Shown here piece after piece: positions 39,597 through 49,139 of a stretch of DNA of 64,000 nucleotides. Origin of the DNA: Candidatus Limnocylindrales bacterium (GTDB taxonomy: Bacteria > Chloroflexota > Limnocylindria > Limnocylindrales > CSP1-4); the NCBI GenBank assembly GCA_049514315.1, contig JBEKVD010000005.1, positions 66,580 through 130,579 on the forward strand, read 5' to 3'. The translations under genes were made by a program, and so were the position numbers. The notes beneath the pieces are model-generated. The model ran no database searches. It was given only the letters and a program-made list of their open reading frames with translations, and was not told the DNA's origin. Within the stretch, counting starts at the first letter, position 1. The number at the start of each line of letters is the position of its first letter.

Positions 39597-40180
39597 CGGG
39601 CTGCCTCCGCCGCAGGCTCGGGGTCGACGCAGTCGGCAGTCTCGGGCGGTCCGCCGGCGTCACCGCCGGTTGCCTCCCAGGCCGCCTCCAGGTTCACGCC
39701 GTCGATGTCGATGACGTCGCCGGCAGGCCAGTCGAGAGGCCCGATGGCCCTCACTTCCTCGGTCACGCGAGCGATCTCGTTGGCCAGGCGGACGCCTTCG
39801 GCGGCGCTGGCCCACACGAGCTGAAGACGCTGCGGCTCGATGCCGAGGGCTTCGATCGTTCGCTGCAGGAGCTTGAACCGCCGGAGAGCCTTGTAGTTCT
39901 GCTCGATGTAGTGGCACTCGCCAGGATGACAGCCGCTTACCAGAACGGCGTCGGCGCCTTCGGAGAAGGCCTTGAGCACGAACGTCGGATCGAGGCGACC
40001 CGAGCACATGAGCCGGATGAGCCGGACGTTTGGCGGGTACTTGGTCCGGGCCGTGCCGGCCAGGTCGGCCGCCCGATAGCTGCACCAGTTGCAGGTGAAG
40101 CCGATGATCACCGGCTCGAAGGTCGTGGCCGGAGCGGCTCCTGCGGCCGGAGCCGGTGCGACGGGTGCCTCCACGCTCAT
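39593..40180 (-). CDS. mvhD: methyl-viologen-reducing hydrogenase delta subunit (MvhD)
   Basis: IIGFTCNWCSY.AADLAG and LMCSGRLDP..VLKAF..GADAVLVSGCHPGECHY are present. Its start and stop overlap the neighbouring genes. Confidence 0.85.
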   Translation of the reverse strand: MSVEAPVAPAPAAGAAPATTFEPVIIGFTCNWCSYRAADLAGTARTKYPPNVRLIRLMCSGRLDPTFVLKAFSEGADAVLVSGCHPGECHYIEQNYKALRRFKLLQRTIEALGIEPQRLQLVWASAAEGVRLANEIARVTEEVRAIGPLDWPAGDVIDIDGVNLEAAWEATGGDAGGPPETADCVDPEPAAEAAR

Positions 40181-42285
40181 GCGAGCACCGCCTCTTCAAC
40201 TTCCTCACCGCGAGCCACCGGGAAGGCCGACCGCCTGGGCCGCAGCCCGTCGGCTCCGACCCTGAGCAGACCCTCGATCTGCGCCAAAACCTGCTCGTCG
40301 CTGAAGCCGGTACCGGAGATCGCTCCGGCAGGACAGGCCGCGACGCAGGTGCCGCAGCCCTGGCACATCGCCGGGTTGATGCTCGAAACGCCCTTGACGT
40401 CGTCGAAGCTGATGGCGTTGTAGGGGCACATCGTGTTGCAGATCCGGCAGCCGGAGCAGTGCTCGGCGTGAACCGTGGCCTTGATCGGCTCGAGGTTCAT
40501 CTGCTTCTGCTGGATCCGGCCCAGGACTCGAGCGGCCGCCGCCGCGCCCTGCGCGACCGAGGCCGGGATGTCCTTGGGTCCGCTGACGCAACCGGCGATG
40601 AAGACACCCTCGGTCATGGTTGCGACCGGGTCAAGCTTGGGGTGCTTCTCGATAGCCCAGCCGTCGAAGCTGCACGACAGACCAAACCGGGTGGCCAGCT
40701 CCCGGGCGTCGGCGCGCGGCTCCAGTCCGGCCGACAGGACGACCATGTCGACGGGGAAGCGGCGCTGCTTGCCGACGAGGGTGTCCTCGACCTGGATGAT
40801 GAGCTTGCCCTCCTCATCCTTTGTGCGGGCCACGTCCGTGATCTCGGCCGGCTTGCCGCGGATGAAGATGCCGCCCTCTTCGAGGATCCGCTGGTAGAAC
40901 TCGTCGTAGCCCTTACCGGCGGTCCGCATGTCGATGTAGAAGTCGTAGATGGTGGCGTCGGTGTGCTCTTTGATCAGGTGGGCGAACTTGAGGCTCTGCA
41001 TGCAGCAGATCGTGGAGCAGTAGTTGTTGTGGTTCTTGTCGCGGCTGCCGACGCAGTGGATGATCGCCACCGACTTGGGCTCCGTGACGCCGTCGCGCAG
41101 GACGATGTTGCCGTTCGTGGGGCCGGCAGAGTTGGAGAGCCGCTCGAACTCGAGGCTCGTGAAGACGTTCGGCAGCCGGCCGTAGCCGTACTGCTTCATC
41201 TTGCGAGCGTCGAACAGGTCGTAGCCGGTGGCCAGGATGATGTTGCCGACTTCCAGGGTCAGGATCTTGTCTTCCTGGTCGAAGGCGATGGCGCCGGTCT
41301 CGCAGAATATCTCGCAAGCCTTACAGGTGCCCCTCTCGTAGTAGGTGCAGTTCGGCCGGTCGATGACGGGGGTTCGAGGAACTGCCTGGTCGAACGGCGT
41401 GTAGATCGCCTTCCGGTAGCCGAGCCCGGCCTCGAAGACTTCGTCGATGACTTTCTTGGGGCACTTCTCCTGGCATACGCCGCAGCCGTTGCAGAGGTCC
41501 TCGTCGACGTAGCGGGCCTTCTTGCGAACGGTGACCGTGAAGTTGCCGACGTAGCCCTCGACCTTCTCGACCTCGCTCCAGGTCAGCAGCTCGACGTTGG
41601 GGTGCGTGCCGGCGCTGACCATCTTGGGGGTCAGGATGCAGGCCGCGCAGTCGAGGGTCGGGAAGGTCTTGTCGAACTGGGCCATGTGGCCGCCGATCGA
41701 CGGGTCCTTCTCGACGAGGTAGACCTTGAAGCCGGCGTCGGCGATCTCGAGGGTCGCGCTGATACCGGCGATGCCGCCGCCCACGACCAGTGTGGCCGGG
41801 TTGATGTCGACTCTGATCGGCTGGAGCGACTCGTTGCGGCGAACCCGCTCCACGCCGCCGGCCAGGATGGCCTTGGCCTTGACCGTGGCCGCGGCTTTGT
41901 CCGTGTGGACCCAGGAGTCCTGCTCGCGGATCGAGACCAGCTCGCACAGGTAGGGGTTGAGCCCGCCGCGGGCGGTGGCGGTGCGGAACGTGTTCTCGTG
42001 CAGGTGAGGGGAGCAGGCGGCGACCACGATGCGGTTGAGGCCGAGGTTCTTGATGTCCTCGGTCACCAGCTCCTGGCCCGGGCTGGAGCACATGAACTTG
42101 TATTCGCGAGCGACAACGACGCCCTGGTCGCGCAGGTTCTCGGCCGCCCACCGGGCGACCTCGGCCACGTCGACGACGCCGGCGATATTGCTGCCGCAGT
42201 GGCAGACGTATACGCCGATCCGGATTTCGTTCTCAGCCGGGAGGTTGCCCGGTTCGGCCGGCAGGTGGCTGTGTTCGGCGGTCAT
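40177..42285 (-). CDS. hdrA: heterodisulfide reductase subunit A-like (FAD plus multiple [4Fe-4S])
   Basis: It has IGVYVCHCGSNIAG, VVGGGIAGISATLEIA (FAD) and several CxxCxxCxxxCP motifs. ATG 42285 overlaps the hdrB stop (ATGA). The upstream extension in the ORF track was rejected. Confidence 0.9.
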   Translation of the reverse strand: MTAEHSHLPAEPGNLPAENEIRIGVYVCHCGSNIAGVVDVAEVARWAAENLRDQGVVVAREYKFMCSSPGQELVTEDIKNLGLNRIVVAACSPHLHENTFRTATARGGLNPYLCELVSIREQDSWVHTDKAAATVKAKAILAGGVERVRRNESLQPIRVDINPATLVVGGGIAGISATLEIADAGFKVYLVEKDPSIGGHMAQFDKTFPTLDCAACILTPKMVSAGTHPNVELLTWSEVEKVEGYVGNFTVTVRKKARYVDEDLCNGCGVCQEKCPKKVIDEVFEAGLGYRKAIYTPFDQAVPRTPVIDRPNCTYYERGTCKACEIFCETGAIAFDQEDKILTLEVGNIILATGYDLFDARKMKQYGYGRLPNVFTSLEFERLSNSAGPTNGNIVLRDGVTEPKSVAIIHCVGSRDKNHNNYCSTICCMQSLKFAHLIKEHTDATIYDFYIDMRTAGKGYDEFYQRILEEGGIFIRGKPAEITDVARTKDEEGKLIIQVEDTLVGKQRRFPVDMVVLSAGLEPRADARELATRFGLSCSFDGWAIEKHPKLDPVATMTEGVFIAGCVSGPKDIPASVAQGAAAAARVLGRIQQKQMNLEPIKATVHAEHCSGCRICNTMCPYNAISFDDVKGVSSINPAMCQGCGTCVAACPAGAISGTGFSDEQVLAQIEGLLRVGADGLRPRRSAFPVARGEEVEEAVLA

Positions 42286-43286
42286 TCCTGAACCTCGCTG
42301 TCGGACATCCGTGGCATCGGCAGGGCCCGCTTGTCGGGCCTGGGCCGGCGCGCGGGTGGCGCGGCTCCGGCGGCTGCGAGCGTCTGCTCGGGGGCCGCCT
42401 TGAGAGCGTTCACCAGGACCTTGCTGGCATTGGTGTACTCGCGCCCCACGCCGACCGTCTTGGGATCCAGGCCAAACGCCACGCCCATCAGCTGGGTGAA
42501 GAACACGATCGGCATGTGGTAGCTGGTGTGGAACATGGCGTTCATCTCGCCCTGGTAGGCGTCGATGTTGATCTGGCACATCGGGCAGACCGTTACCATC
42601 ATCACGGCCTCGCGCCGCACGGCCTCGGCGATCAGCCGTCGAATGAGCTCCAGGCCGACCCTGGGCGCGACCTGGGTCATGTGACCGCCGCAGCATTCGG
42701 TCTTGAGCGGGTAATCGACGACTTCGGCGCCGAGCGCGCGAAGCAGCCGGTCGAGGTCGTTCGGCTGCTCGTGGTTGGTGTAGGCGCCGTCGATGTCGGG
42801 CCGCGGGACCATGCAGCCGAGGTACGGCGCGACCTTCAGGCCGGTCAGCGGCTTCTTCACCGCGGCCTTGACCGCGTCGAGGCCGACGTCGTTGATGATG
42901 ACCTCCAGGAGATGGCGGACCTTCACCGTGCCGGGGTCGTAGTGCAGGCCGCCGGCACCCAGGGCGTCGTTGACGCGGGCTTTGAGAGCCGGCTGCGTGC
43001 CCATGTAGTGGTCCGCCTTGGCCAGGTTGAGGTAGCAGGCGCTGCAGGCGGCGACGAGCGACTCGCCGGCCTTCTTTTCGCCGGCGGCGATGGCCAGGTT
43101 GCGGGCGATCATGGCGTAGGCGGGAGTCGTGCTCAGGCTCACGTACTCAGTCGCGCCGCAGCAGTTCCAGTCGTCGAGCTCTTCGAGGGTGATGCCGAGG
43201 GGCTCGCAGACCCCCTCGAGAGACTCGCGATAGGAACGGCCGCTGCCCTCCATCGAGCAGCCCGGGTAGTAGAGGTAGCTGCTCAT
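42282..43286 (-). CDS. hdrB: heterodisulfide reductase subunit B-like (two CCG domains)
   Basis: It has YYPGCSMEGSG...WNCCGA and a second YLGCMVPR...TECCGG. Confidence 0.85.
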   Translation of the reverse strand: MSSYLYYPGCSMEGSGRSYRESLEGVCEPLGITLEELDDWNCCGATEYVSLSTTPAYAMIARNLAIAAGEKKAGESLVAACSACYLNLAKADHYMGTQPALKARVNDALGAGGLHYDPGTVKVRHLLEVIINDVGLDAVKAAVKKPLTGLKVAPYLGCMVPRPDIDGAYTNHEQPNDLDRLLRALGAEVVDYPLKTECCGGHMTQVAPRVGLELIRRLIAEAVRREAVMMVTVCPMCQINIDAYQGEMNAMFHTSYHMPIVFFTQLMGVAFGLDPKTVGVGREYTNASKVLVNALKAAPEQTLAAAGAAPPARRPRPDKRALPMPRMSDSEVQE

Positions 43287-43870
43287 TGGGCTCGCTCCAG
43301 CTCATCGGCGCGCTGCAGGATTGCCTGCAGCTGCTTCTTCTGGTGGATCTGGTGAGGCAGGAGGCCGATGCGGCCGTGGCGGAAGAGGCCAAAGGCCATC
43401 GGCGTCATGCGCGGCAGCCGGAGGATGTAGTGTCGCAGGTAGTGCCGCGCCGTAAGGCCGACCTCCCAGCTCCGGCCGAATCGCTTCGCCTGGCCGATGA
43501 AGACGCCAGTGAAGTCGGGCCCGACGTTGTTGGGGTACGCGTGCTCTTTCTCGGCGATGACCTTGATCGCATACATCACGTCGGTGATGAGGATCTCCTG
43601 CGGGCAGCGCACCACGCAGTGGTAGCAGGAGAGGCACATCCACGGCGTGTTGCTGTGGAGAACCTCATCGCGCTCGCCGGCCCGGATCAACGCGAATAAC
43701 CCTCTCGGGGTGTGATCCATGGCGGCGGCCGAGGGACACGAGCCCCCGCAACTGCCGCACTGGATGCACATCTCGAGGTTTGAGACCCCAGCTGTCCTGG
43801 AGTTCACCTCGGCCAGGAAGCGGACGCCCGCGTCCGAAACCTCGGGAGGTGAAACCTGAGCCACGACCAT
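43283..43870 (-). CDS. hdrC: heterodisulfide reductase subunit C-like
   Basis: It has CIQCGSCGGSCP and CLSCYHCVVRCP. ATG 43870 was chosen (about 34 aa before the first cluster); the ORF is open to 43990. Confidence 0.8.
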   Translation of the reverse strand: MVVAQVSPPEVSDAGVRFLAEVNSRTAGVSNLEMCIQCGSCGGSCPSAAAMDHTPRGLFALIRAGERDEVLHSNTPWMCLSCYHCVVRCPQEILITDVMYAIKVIAEKEHAYPNNVGPDFTGVFIGQAKRFGRSWEVGLTARHYLRHYILRLPRMTPMAFGLFRHGRIGLLPHQIHQKKQLQAILQRADELERAQ

Positions 43871-44427
43871 CCAATTGCCCCTTTGTCTGCCCGGCGTCGC
43901 CGCTTGCGATCGCTGGCCGGCTGCGCCGCAGCGGACGTTCGCGGCTACCTCCAGCGCGAGCGTCCGGTGTCTGCGGAACCGGTCGGCCACGAACGTTGCG
44001 GTTCAGGCCGGGGGTTGCGAAGTATTGAGTGGGGACGCCACTGCGCTCTCACCGGGAGCGCTCCGGGTCGGTCCGGGGGCAACGGACCCGAGATCGACCT
44101 TTGGGCCGCGAGAGGCGGCGGACCTTCGTTGCCTTGTCTCAGATTGTTCGGTCGCCACCGGGTCCGAGCAAGGGCCGCATGACCCGGCCGGCCGGGGGCC
44201 AACCCGCCCGCGTTCTTGGGCTTTTGGGGCACGGGATCGAGCCCCTCCTCGAAACGACCGGTGAGAATGGCGGGCCTTCAGGGATCATGAGCAACCCGTC
44301 CGGCGCTTTCGGTGAGTGGGCCGAAGCGGGATTGCCCGCGAAGTTTCGACGCGGCCCGGCGTCAAACCGGCAGGCCTGCGCCGGGCGAGCAGGTGCGGGC
44401 TTCGCCTTTGCACGATTCCGCGGACGG

Positions 44428-44468
44428 CAGAATCAAGAACCCCGGCCGCTGCGAGACGACCGGGGTTC
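44428..44468 (-). terminator. candidate intrinsic terminator after the small membrane protein gene
   Basis: On the minus strand: GAACCCCGG - 14-nt loop - CCGGGGUUC, followed by the U-rich UUGAUUCU. It begins about 15 nt after the stop at 44483. Confidence 0.45.
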
Positions 44469-44482
44469 GGTTGCGGGACGAA

Positions 44483-44920
44483 CTAATTCTGCCTGGCCCT
44501 GAGCCCGAGTACTCCGCCGACGATAATCGCCACGCCGGCGAGCAGGTCCAGGTAGATGCCGATGCCGACCGACGCCGCTCCGGGGACCATCGCGTTGCCG
44601 GCGTTCACGTCGTCGTTGACGGAGGAGTAGTTGAGGACTCCCACCAGGAGCACGAGCACTCCGGCCACGACCATGACTCTCCCTGGGCTTGGGATCCTGG
44701 TCCCCCTGGCCCAGGCAACCGCAACTGCAATTGCGACAAGACCAAGGACGGCGATGATCTTGCCGCCGTTGCCGCCGTCCCAGCCGGTCATCGATTCGCC
44801 GGTGCCCGCGATGGAAACGGATTCCCAGGCGATGAACGCACCGACCGCGGCAAGAACCCCACCCACGCCGCCGACGATGGCGCCGATGGGCAAGGTCGTC
44901 CGTGACATTGATGTGGTCAC
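44483..44920 (-). CDS. small integral membrane protein (about 4 TM), family unknown
   Basis: It has hydrophobic Gly/Ala/Val-rich segments. The GTG start is preceded by GAGGAGGG at a 6-nt spacing. Confidence 0.55.
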   Translation of the reverse strand: MTTSMSRTTLPIGAIVGGVGGVLAAVGAFIAWESVSIAGTGESMTGWDGGNGGKIIAVLGLVAIAVAVAWARGTRIPSPGRVMVVAGVLVLLVGVLNYSSVNDDVNAGNAMVPGAASVGIGIYLDLLAGVAIIVGGVLGLRARQN

Positions 44921-45169
44921 GCGAAACCCTCCTCTGCGACTCGTCCGGATGCGCCGCTGACGGACGGCTCGGACGCATGCCTAGCATATGTGCGCACGCG
45001 GGCGCGCGGTAGCCCCGACCCGGCCAGGGCGACTCCATCAGTGCCGCTTTGTGGCTCGGAACGGTGCGGCTAAGAGTCGGGGTAACGCTCGACGAGGTGA
45101 TGACCCAGATGCCTGTGAGCGCTATTGAAGCGTAAACGGCTGTGAAGGAGCTGTCTCTACGCTTCGTGC

Positions 45170-45430
45170 ATGCCGGAGATCAGCCGTTTCTTCGGAATAG
45201 TGATCAGGCTTCACTACGCCGACCATAACCCGGCGCACTTCCACGGCACGTACCAGGGGCGAACGGTGGAAGTTGATATCCGCACGCTGGGCATCCTCGA
45301 CGGTGGCATTCCAACCCGAGCTCTCGGGCTTGTCATGGAGTGGGCAGCCGAGCACAATGCGGATCTTGCCGAAGACTGGCGTCGAGCCTCGGCCGGCGAG
45401 CCGATCATCAGGATCGCGCCCCTTGCGTAG
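45170..45430 (+). CDS. DUF4160 domain protein
   Basis: MPEISRFFGIVIRLHYADHNPAHFHGTYQG...IPTRALGLVMEWAAEH matches the DUF4160 pattern. The segment is locally lower in GC. Confidence 0.8.
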   Translation: MPEISRFFGIVIRLHYADHNPAHFHGTYQGRTVEVDIRTLGILDGGIPTRALGLVMEWAAEHNADLAEDWRRASAGEPIIRIAPLA

Positions 45431-45431
45431 A

Positions 45432-45743
45432 ATGCTGGCGATGCTGACGATTCGATCCGCTGAGGTGCTTGACGACTACTGGCTCCGCCTGACGCTGTCG
45501 GACGGGACGGCGATCGAGCGGAACGTTCGGGATCTGTTGTGGGGTCCGGTCTTCGAGGGGTTGCGGACGGACTACTCCCAGTTCCGTCGAGCGCGCGCCG
45601 GCCACGGTACCGTCGAGTGGCCCGGCGATCTCGACCTCGCCCCGGAGACGCTGATCTGGAACGGACCGGCACCCAAGGGCGCTTCCGAACCGCCGCCCGC
45701 GCGGCTCGTGCTCAACCACCCGGCGGCCCAGCCGATCCGTTGA
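45432..45743 (+). CDS. DUF2442 domain protein
   Basis: It has IRSAEVLDDYWLRLTLSDGT...GTVEWPGDLDLAPETL. It starts 1 nt after the DUF4160 stop, which is the usual two-gene pairing. Confidence 0.75.
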   Translation: MLAMLTIRSAEVLDDYWLRLTLSDGTAIERNVRDLLWGPVFEGLRTDYSQFRRARAGHGTVEWPGDLDLAPETLIWNGPAPKGASEPPPARLVLNHPAAQPIR

Positions 45744-45916
45744 AGCGGCGTCTCCCGGGTCCCGTCAAAGGCTGAGCTCCATCAACTCGGCACATTCGAA
45801 CGGAGAGCCGAAAGGATCTCTTCCAGCGACAGGACATCGCCCAGACCCACGGCTGGATATCGAGGGGTGGCCAGGTGCCTTGTCCGGAGTGCGACTCTCA
45901 CGGGACGATCGACGGT

Positions 45917-47677
45917 CTACTCAACGGCGGTCGCGCTGTCCAGCCGCTCCGCCAGCCGCTCGCCCGTGGTGACCGCTCCGCGCGAGGCTGATGAAACCAG
46001 GGCCGCGTACTTGGCCATGACGCCGCTCCGGTAGCGCGCGGCCGGCGGCGTCCAGCGGGCGCGCCGGGCCGCGAGCACGTCCGGAGCCACGTTCAGGTCG
46101 AGGGCGTGGCGGTCGACGTCGATGACGATCTCGTCGCCGTCCTCGACGAGCGCGATCGGGCCGCCCAGCGCCGCTTCAGGCGCCACGTGGCCGATCATCA
46201 ACCCGTGGGTGCCGCCGGAGAATCGGCCGTCGGTGAGGAGTGCGACGTGTTCGCCCATGCCTTCGCCGACCAGCGCCGCGGTGACGGAGAGCATCTCCTG
46301 CATGCCGGGCCCACCGACCGGACCCTCGTACCGGATCACGATCACATCGCCCTTCCCGATGCGCTGCTTGCGGACCGCGTCGTAGCAGGCGTTCTCGCTG
46401 TCGAAGACGCGGGCCGGGCCGGCGTGGAAGCGGCGTTCGTGGCCGGCCAGCTTGATGACGCAGCCTTGCGGGGCGAGGGTGCCGTGCAGGATCGTCAGGC
46501 CGCCGGTCGCGCTGAGCGGGCTTTCGATCGATACGACGACCTTCTGGCCCGCAGTCTCGACCGTCGCCGTCGCCGCCGAAGCGATCGTGCCGCCGTCGAC
46601 GTTCGGGGTCGAGCCGTCGATCAAGCCCTTCTTGAGCAGCTCGCGGGTTATCAGGCCCAGGCCACCCGCTTCGAACAGGTCGGCCGCGGTGTAGCGCCCG
46701 CCCGGCACGAGGTCGCCGACGATCGGCGTCCGATCGGCGATCTCGCCGAACTCGTCGATCTCGAGCGGAAGGCCGTACTCATGGGCAATCGCCAGCAGGT
46801 GCAGCACCGCGTTGGTCGAGCCGCCGGTGGCCGCGACGCAGGCGATTGCGTCCTCGATCGACCTTCGCGTGACGAACTCCTTGGGCCTGACATCGCGCCG
46901 GACCAGGTCCATGACGATCTCGCCGCAGCGGTAGGCGGCCCGGTTCTTGTCCGGGTGCTCGGCCGGGATGCCGTTCAGGCCGGCCGGAGAGAGGCCCAGG
47001 ATCTCGAGGACCATCGACATCGTGTTGGCGGTGTACTGCCCGCCGCAGGCCCCTGCGCCCGGGCAGCTGACCGACTCGATCTCGTACAGCTCCTCGGCCT
47101 TGATCTTGCCGGCTCGGTATGCCCCGATCGCCTCGAAGATGGTGACGATGGTGGCGTCCCGCTTGCCCCGGTAGGTGCCCGGGTAGATCGTGCCGTTGTA
47201 GAGGATCACTCCTGGCCGGTCGAGCCGGCCCAGGGCGATGGCCGCGCCGGGGATCGTCTTGTCGCAGCCCACCAGGCAGACCACGCCGTCGAGCATGTGG
47301 CCGCGCACGCACAGCTCGATCGAATCGGCGATGACCTCGCGGCTGATGAGCGATGCCTTCATGCCCTCGGTGCCCATCGACGTCCCGTCCGAGACGGAGA
47401 TCGTGCTGAACTCCATGGGCGTCCCGCCGGCCGCGCGAATCCCCGCCTTGACGTGCTCGGCCAGCCGGCGCTGGTTGTAGTTGCAGGGCATCGTCTCGGT
47501 CCAGGTCGTGGCCACGCCGATGAGCGGCCGGGCCAGGTCGCCGTCGCTGAAGCCGATGGCCTTGAGCATGCCCCGGGCCGCGGCCCGATCCGGGCCGTCG
47601 GTGAGGGCGGCGCTGTGGCGCTTGGCCGGGTCGCTGGGCAGGTCGTAGGGCAGCGAGCTGGGGGTGTCGTTCGACAT
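45917..47677 (-). CDS. ilvD: dihydroxy-acid dehydratase
   Basis: The full-length IlvD/Edd pattern is present: [40 protein letters not shown]. Confidence 0.95.
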   Translation of the reverse strand: MSNDTPSSLPYDLPSDPAKRHSAALTDGPDRAAARGMLKAIGFSDGDLARPLIGVATTWTETMPCNYNQRRLAEHVKAGIRAAGGTPMEFSTISVSDGTSMGTEGMKASLISREVIADSIELCVRGHMLDGVVCLVGCDKTIPGAAIALGRLDRPGVILYNGTIYPGTYRGKRDATIVTIFEAIGAYRAGKIKAEELYEIESVSCPGAGACGGQYTANTMSMVLEILGLSPAGLNGIPAEHPDKNRAAYRCGEIVMDLVRRDVRPKEFVTRRSIEDAIACVAATGGSTNAVLHLLAIAHEYGLPLEIDEFGEIADRTPIVGDLVPGGRYTAADLFEAGGLGLITRELLKKGLIDGSTPNVDGGTIASAATATVETAGQKVVVSIESPLSATGGLTILHGTLAPQGCVIKLAGHERRFHAGPARVFDSENACYDAVRKQRIGKGDVIVIRYEGPVGGPGMQEMLSVTAALVGEGMGEHVALLTDGRFSGGTHGLMIGHVAPEAALGGPIALVEDGDEIVIDVDRHALDLNVAPDVLAARRARWTPPAARYRSGVMAKYAALVSSASRGAVTTGERLAERLDSATAVE

Positions 47678-47818
47678 GATGGTCCTCTTCGGTGGCGTCG
47701 GGCTCGTCGGCTTGCCAGTCTAGGCGCTGGCGGCTCGCAGATGCTTCCCCGGTGTCGATGATGCTCTGCCCCGGGGCGAAATGGCCCGCAGCATCCGGGC
47801 CGGCGCGTCAGACTTAGG

Positions 47819-48958
47819 ATGAAGGGGCGCCCAGCGGCGGTCGGCGGTGTCGAGTCCGCAAACGGAGATCCAGGCTTGAGAGGATCGTCTGCTCGTTTCG
47901 TTCCAACGCCGCTGCAACTGCTCGCCTGGACGACAGTCGCGTTCGGCCTCTGCTTCCTGGGCTACGTCTTCTGGTACTTGATGACCCACGCTCTGGCCGG
48001 GGCCCCCGGCCGCGACGTCCATAACTACATCCTGGCAGGCCTGCGGCTGAACGTAGGGCACCCGCTCTACACCTACGGGCCCGGTGACGAGCGCATCCCG
48101 ACCGGTGATGGGTTCTCCGAGTATGCGCTCTACTCACCGCCGCTCATCGGCGTCCTGTTCCGGCTCATCGTGCTTCTTCCGGCCAACGGCGAGTACGTGT
48201 GGTGGATCGCCATGGACGCCCTCGAGCTACTGGCCATCGCGATGCTGATTCGCCGGGCACCCCTTCTCGCGGGTGTGGCCCTGCTCGTCCTCGGCGTACC
48301 GATAGGGGTGCTCCTCGAGTTCGGCAACGTCGACTGCCTGGTTGCATGTGGGATGCTGGTGGCCTGGCGCTGGCTGGTCGACGGCCACGACGACCGGGCG
48401 GCGATTCTGATAGCGGTACTCGCGTCGTTGAAGCTCACGCCCGTCATCTTCGTGTGGTGGCTGTTCGTTACCGGGCGGCGCAGAGCGGCGGCGGTTGCGA
48501 TCGGCGTGGGCGTCGTCTGCGCCCTGGTTGCCATGGCTGGCACCGAGCCGCTCATCATGGCCAAGTTCGTCCAGGTCACGACTTCGAACGTAGCCGGGTC
48601 CGCGACCACGACCGGGGCCGCCGGCCTCGCCGCCATGCTCGGCCTGCCAGGCGCGCTGTATGCCTGGCTACCTCGAGTCATCCTCGTGGTCGGAATCGGG
48701 GCGATGTGGGTCTTGCGGCGAAGGCCCGGCCTCTCGTTCGCGATCGGCGCAGCGTTGATGTGGCTGGCCTCGCCGGTCGCCAGTGTGCACACGCCGGCCT
48801 TGCTGCTCGTGGCGCTGGCTCCTCAAGCCTGGCCCATGGCCCGGGCCGTCGCCGGCGGCAAGCCGCAATCCTCAGGTGGGATCGCAGCGCCCGACAGGTC
48901 CCGGGCAGCGTCCATCGCAAACCCCGAGGTCGCACCCGGCGCTATCTCGTCGACCTGA
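47819..48958 (+). CDS. GT87/DUF2029-like polytopic membrane glycosyltransferase (paralogue 1)
   Basis: It is multi-TM with HNYILAGLRLNVGHPLY, SLKLTPVIFVWW and similar motifs, resembling PimE-type polyprenyl-phosphate-sugar-dependent GT-C enzymes. Confidence 0.7.
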   Translation: MKGRPAAVGGVESANGDPGLRGSSARFVPTPLQLLAWTTVAFGLCFLGYVFWYLMTHALAGAPGRDVHNYILAGLRLNVGHPLYTYGPGDERIPTGDGFSEYALYSPPLIGVLFRLIVLLPANGEYVWWIAMDALELLAIAMLIRRAPLLAGVALLVLGVPIGVLLEFGNVDCLVACGMLVAWRWLVDGHDDRAAILIAVLASLKLTPVIFVWWLFVTGRRRAAAVAIGVGVVCALVAMAGTEPLIMAKFVQVTTSNVAGSATTTGAAGLAAMLGLPGALYAWLPRVILVVGIGAMWVLRRRPGLSFAIGAALMWLASPVASVHTPALLLVALAPQAWPMARAVAGGKPQSSGGIAAPDRSRAASIANPEVAPGAISST

Positions 48959-48991
48959 CGAGCTGATCGTTGAGGGTCGATCCCTGCACGG

Positions 48992-49110
48992 GTGCCGCGG
49001 GCTGGCGCGTGCCGCGGGCTGGCGCGTGCCGCGGGCTGGCGCGTGCCGCGGGCTGGCGCGTGCCGGGGGCTGGCGCGTGCCGCGGGCTGGCGCGTGCCGC
49101 GGGCTGGCGC
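48992..49110. repeat. 17-bp tandem repeat, 7 copies (gtgccgcgggctggcgc) plus a degenerate tail
   Basis: Units start at 48992, 49009, 49026, 49043, 49060 (1 substitution), 49077 and 49094. The array lies in the convergent intergenic gap between the GT87 gene and the flippase-like gene. Confidence 0.95.
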
Positions 49111-49139
49111 GTGCCCGGGCGCCGCGGGCCGGCGCCTGT

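Noticed and set aside
37143-39824. Very long ORFs such as 37143..39824(+), 40156..42291(+), 22540..24831(-), 510..2009(-), 15221..16645(+), 46106..47761(+), 59900..61468(-) and 62065..63564(-).
   Set aside because: Each lies antisense to, or out of frame with, a gene that has clear family motifs (mvhAG, hdrA, rhaD/ADH, obg/nadD, rhaI, ilvD, MMPL, ilvB). Their translations are Arg/Gly/Pro/Ala-rich low-complexity sequences, typical of shadow ORFs in high-GC DNA.
42286-42696. N-terminal extensions proposed by the ORF track for hdrA (to 42696), leuC (to 56055), the flippase-like gene (to 50570), the second fabF (to 33778), hdrC (to 43990), and the SBP and permease genes (9121, 19929, 19162).
   Set aside because: Each extension overlaps the well-supported upstream gene and is Arg/Pro-rich. 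In every case an internal ATG or GTG gives a stop/start overlap (ATGA or GTGA), or a family-typical N-terminus (signal peptide, MAEKPRTL.., IGVYVCHCG..).
44037-44043. A GCCACTG 'B12-box-like' heptamer followed by a hairpin in the long non-coding stretch upstream of hdrC.
   Set aside because: It is on the plus strand with no downstream plus-strand gene, and the other conserved cobalamin-riboswitch segments are not recognisable. It is probably a chance match in GC-rich DNA.
48992-49110. The tandem arrays (17-bp x 7 here, and also 42-bp x 3.6 at 61649-61800 and 15-bp x 7 at 61906-62008) considered as possible CRISPR arrays.
   Set aside because: The repeats are directly head-to-tail with no unique spacers, the units are too short or irregular, and no cas genes are in the window.
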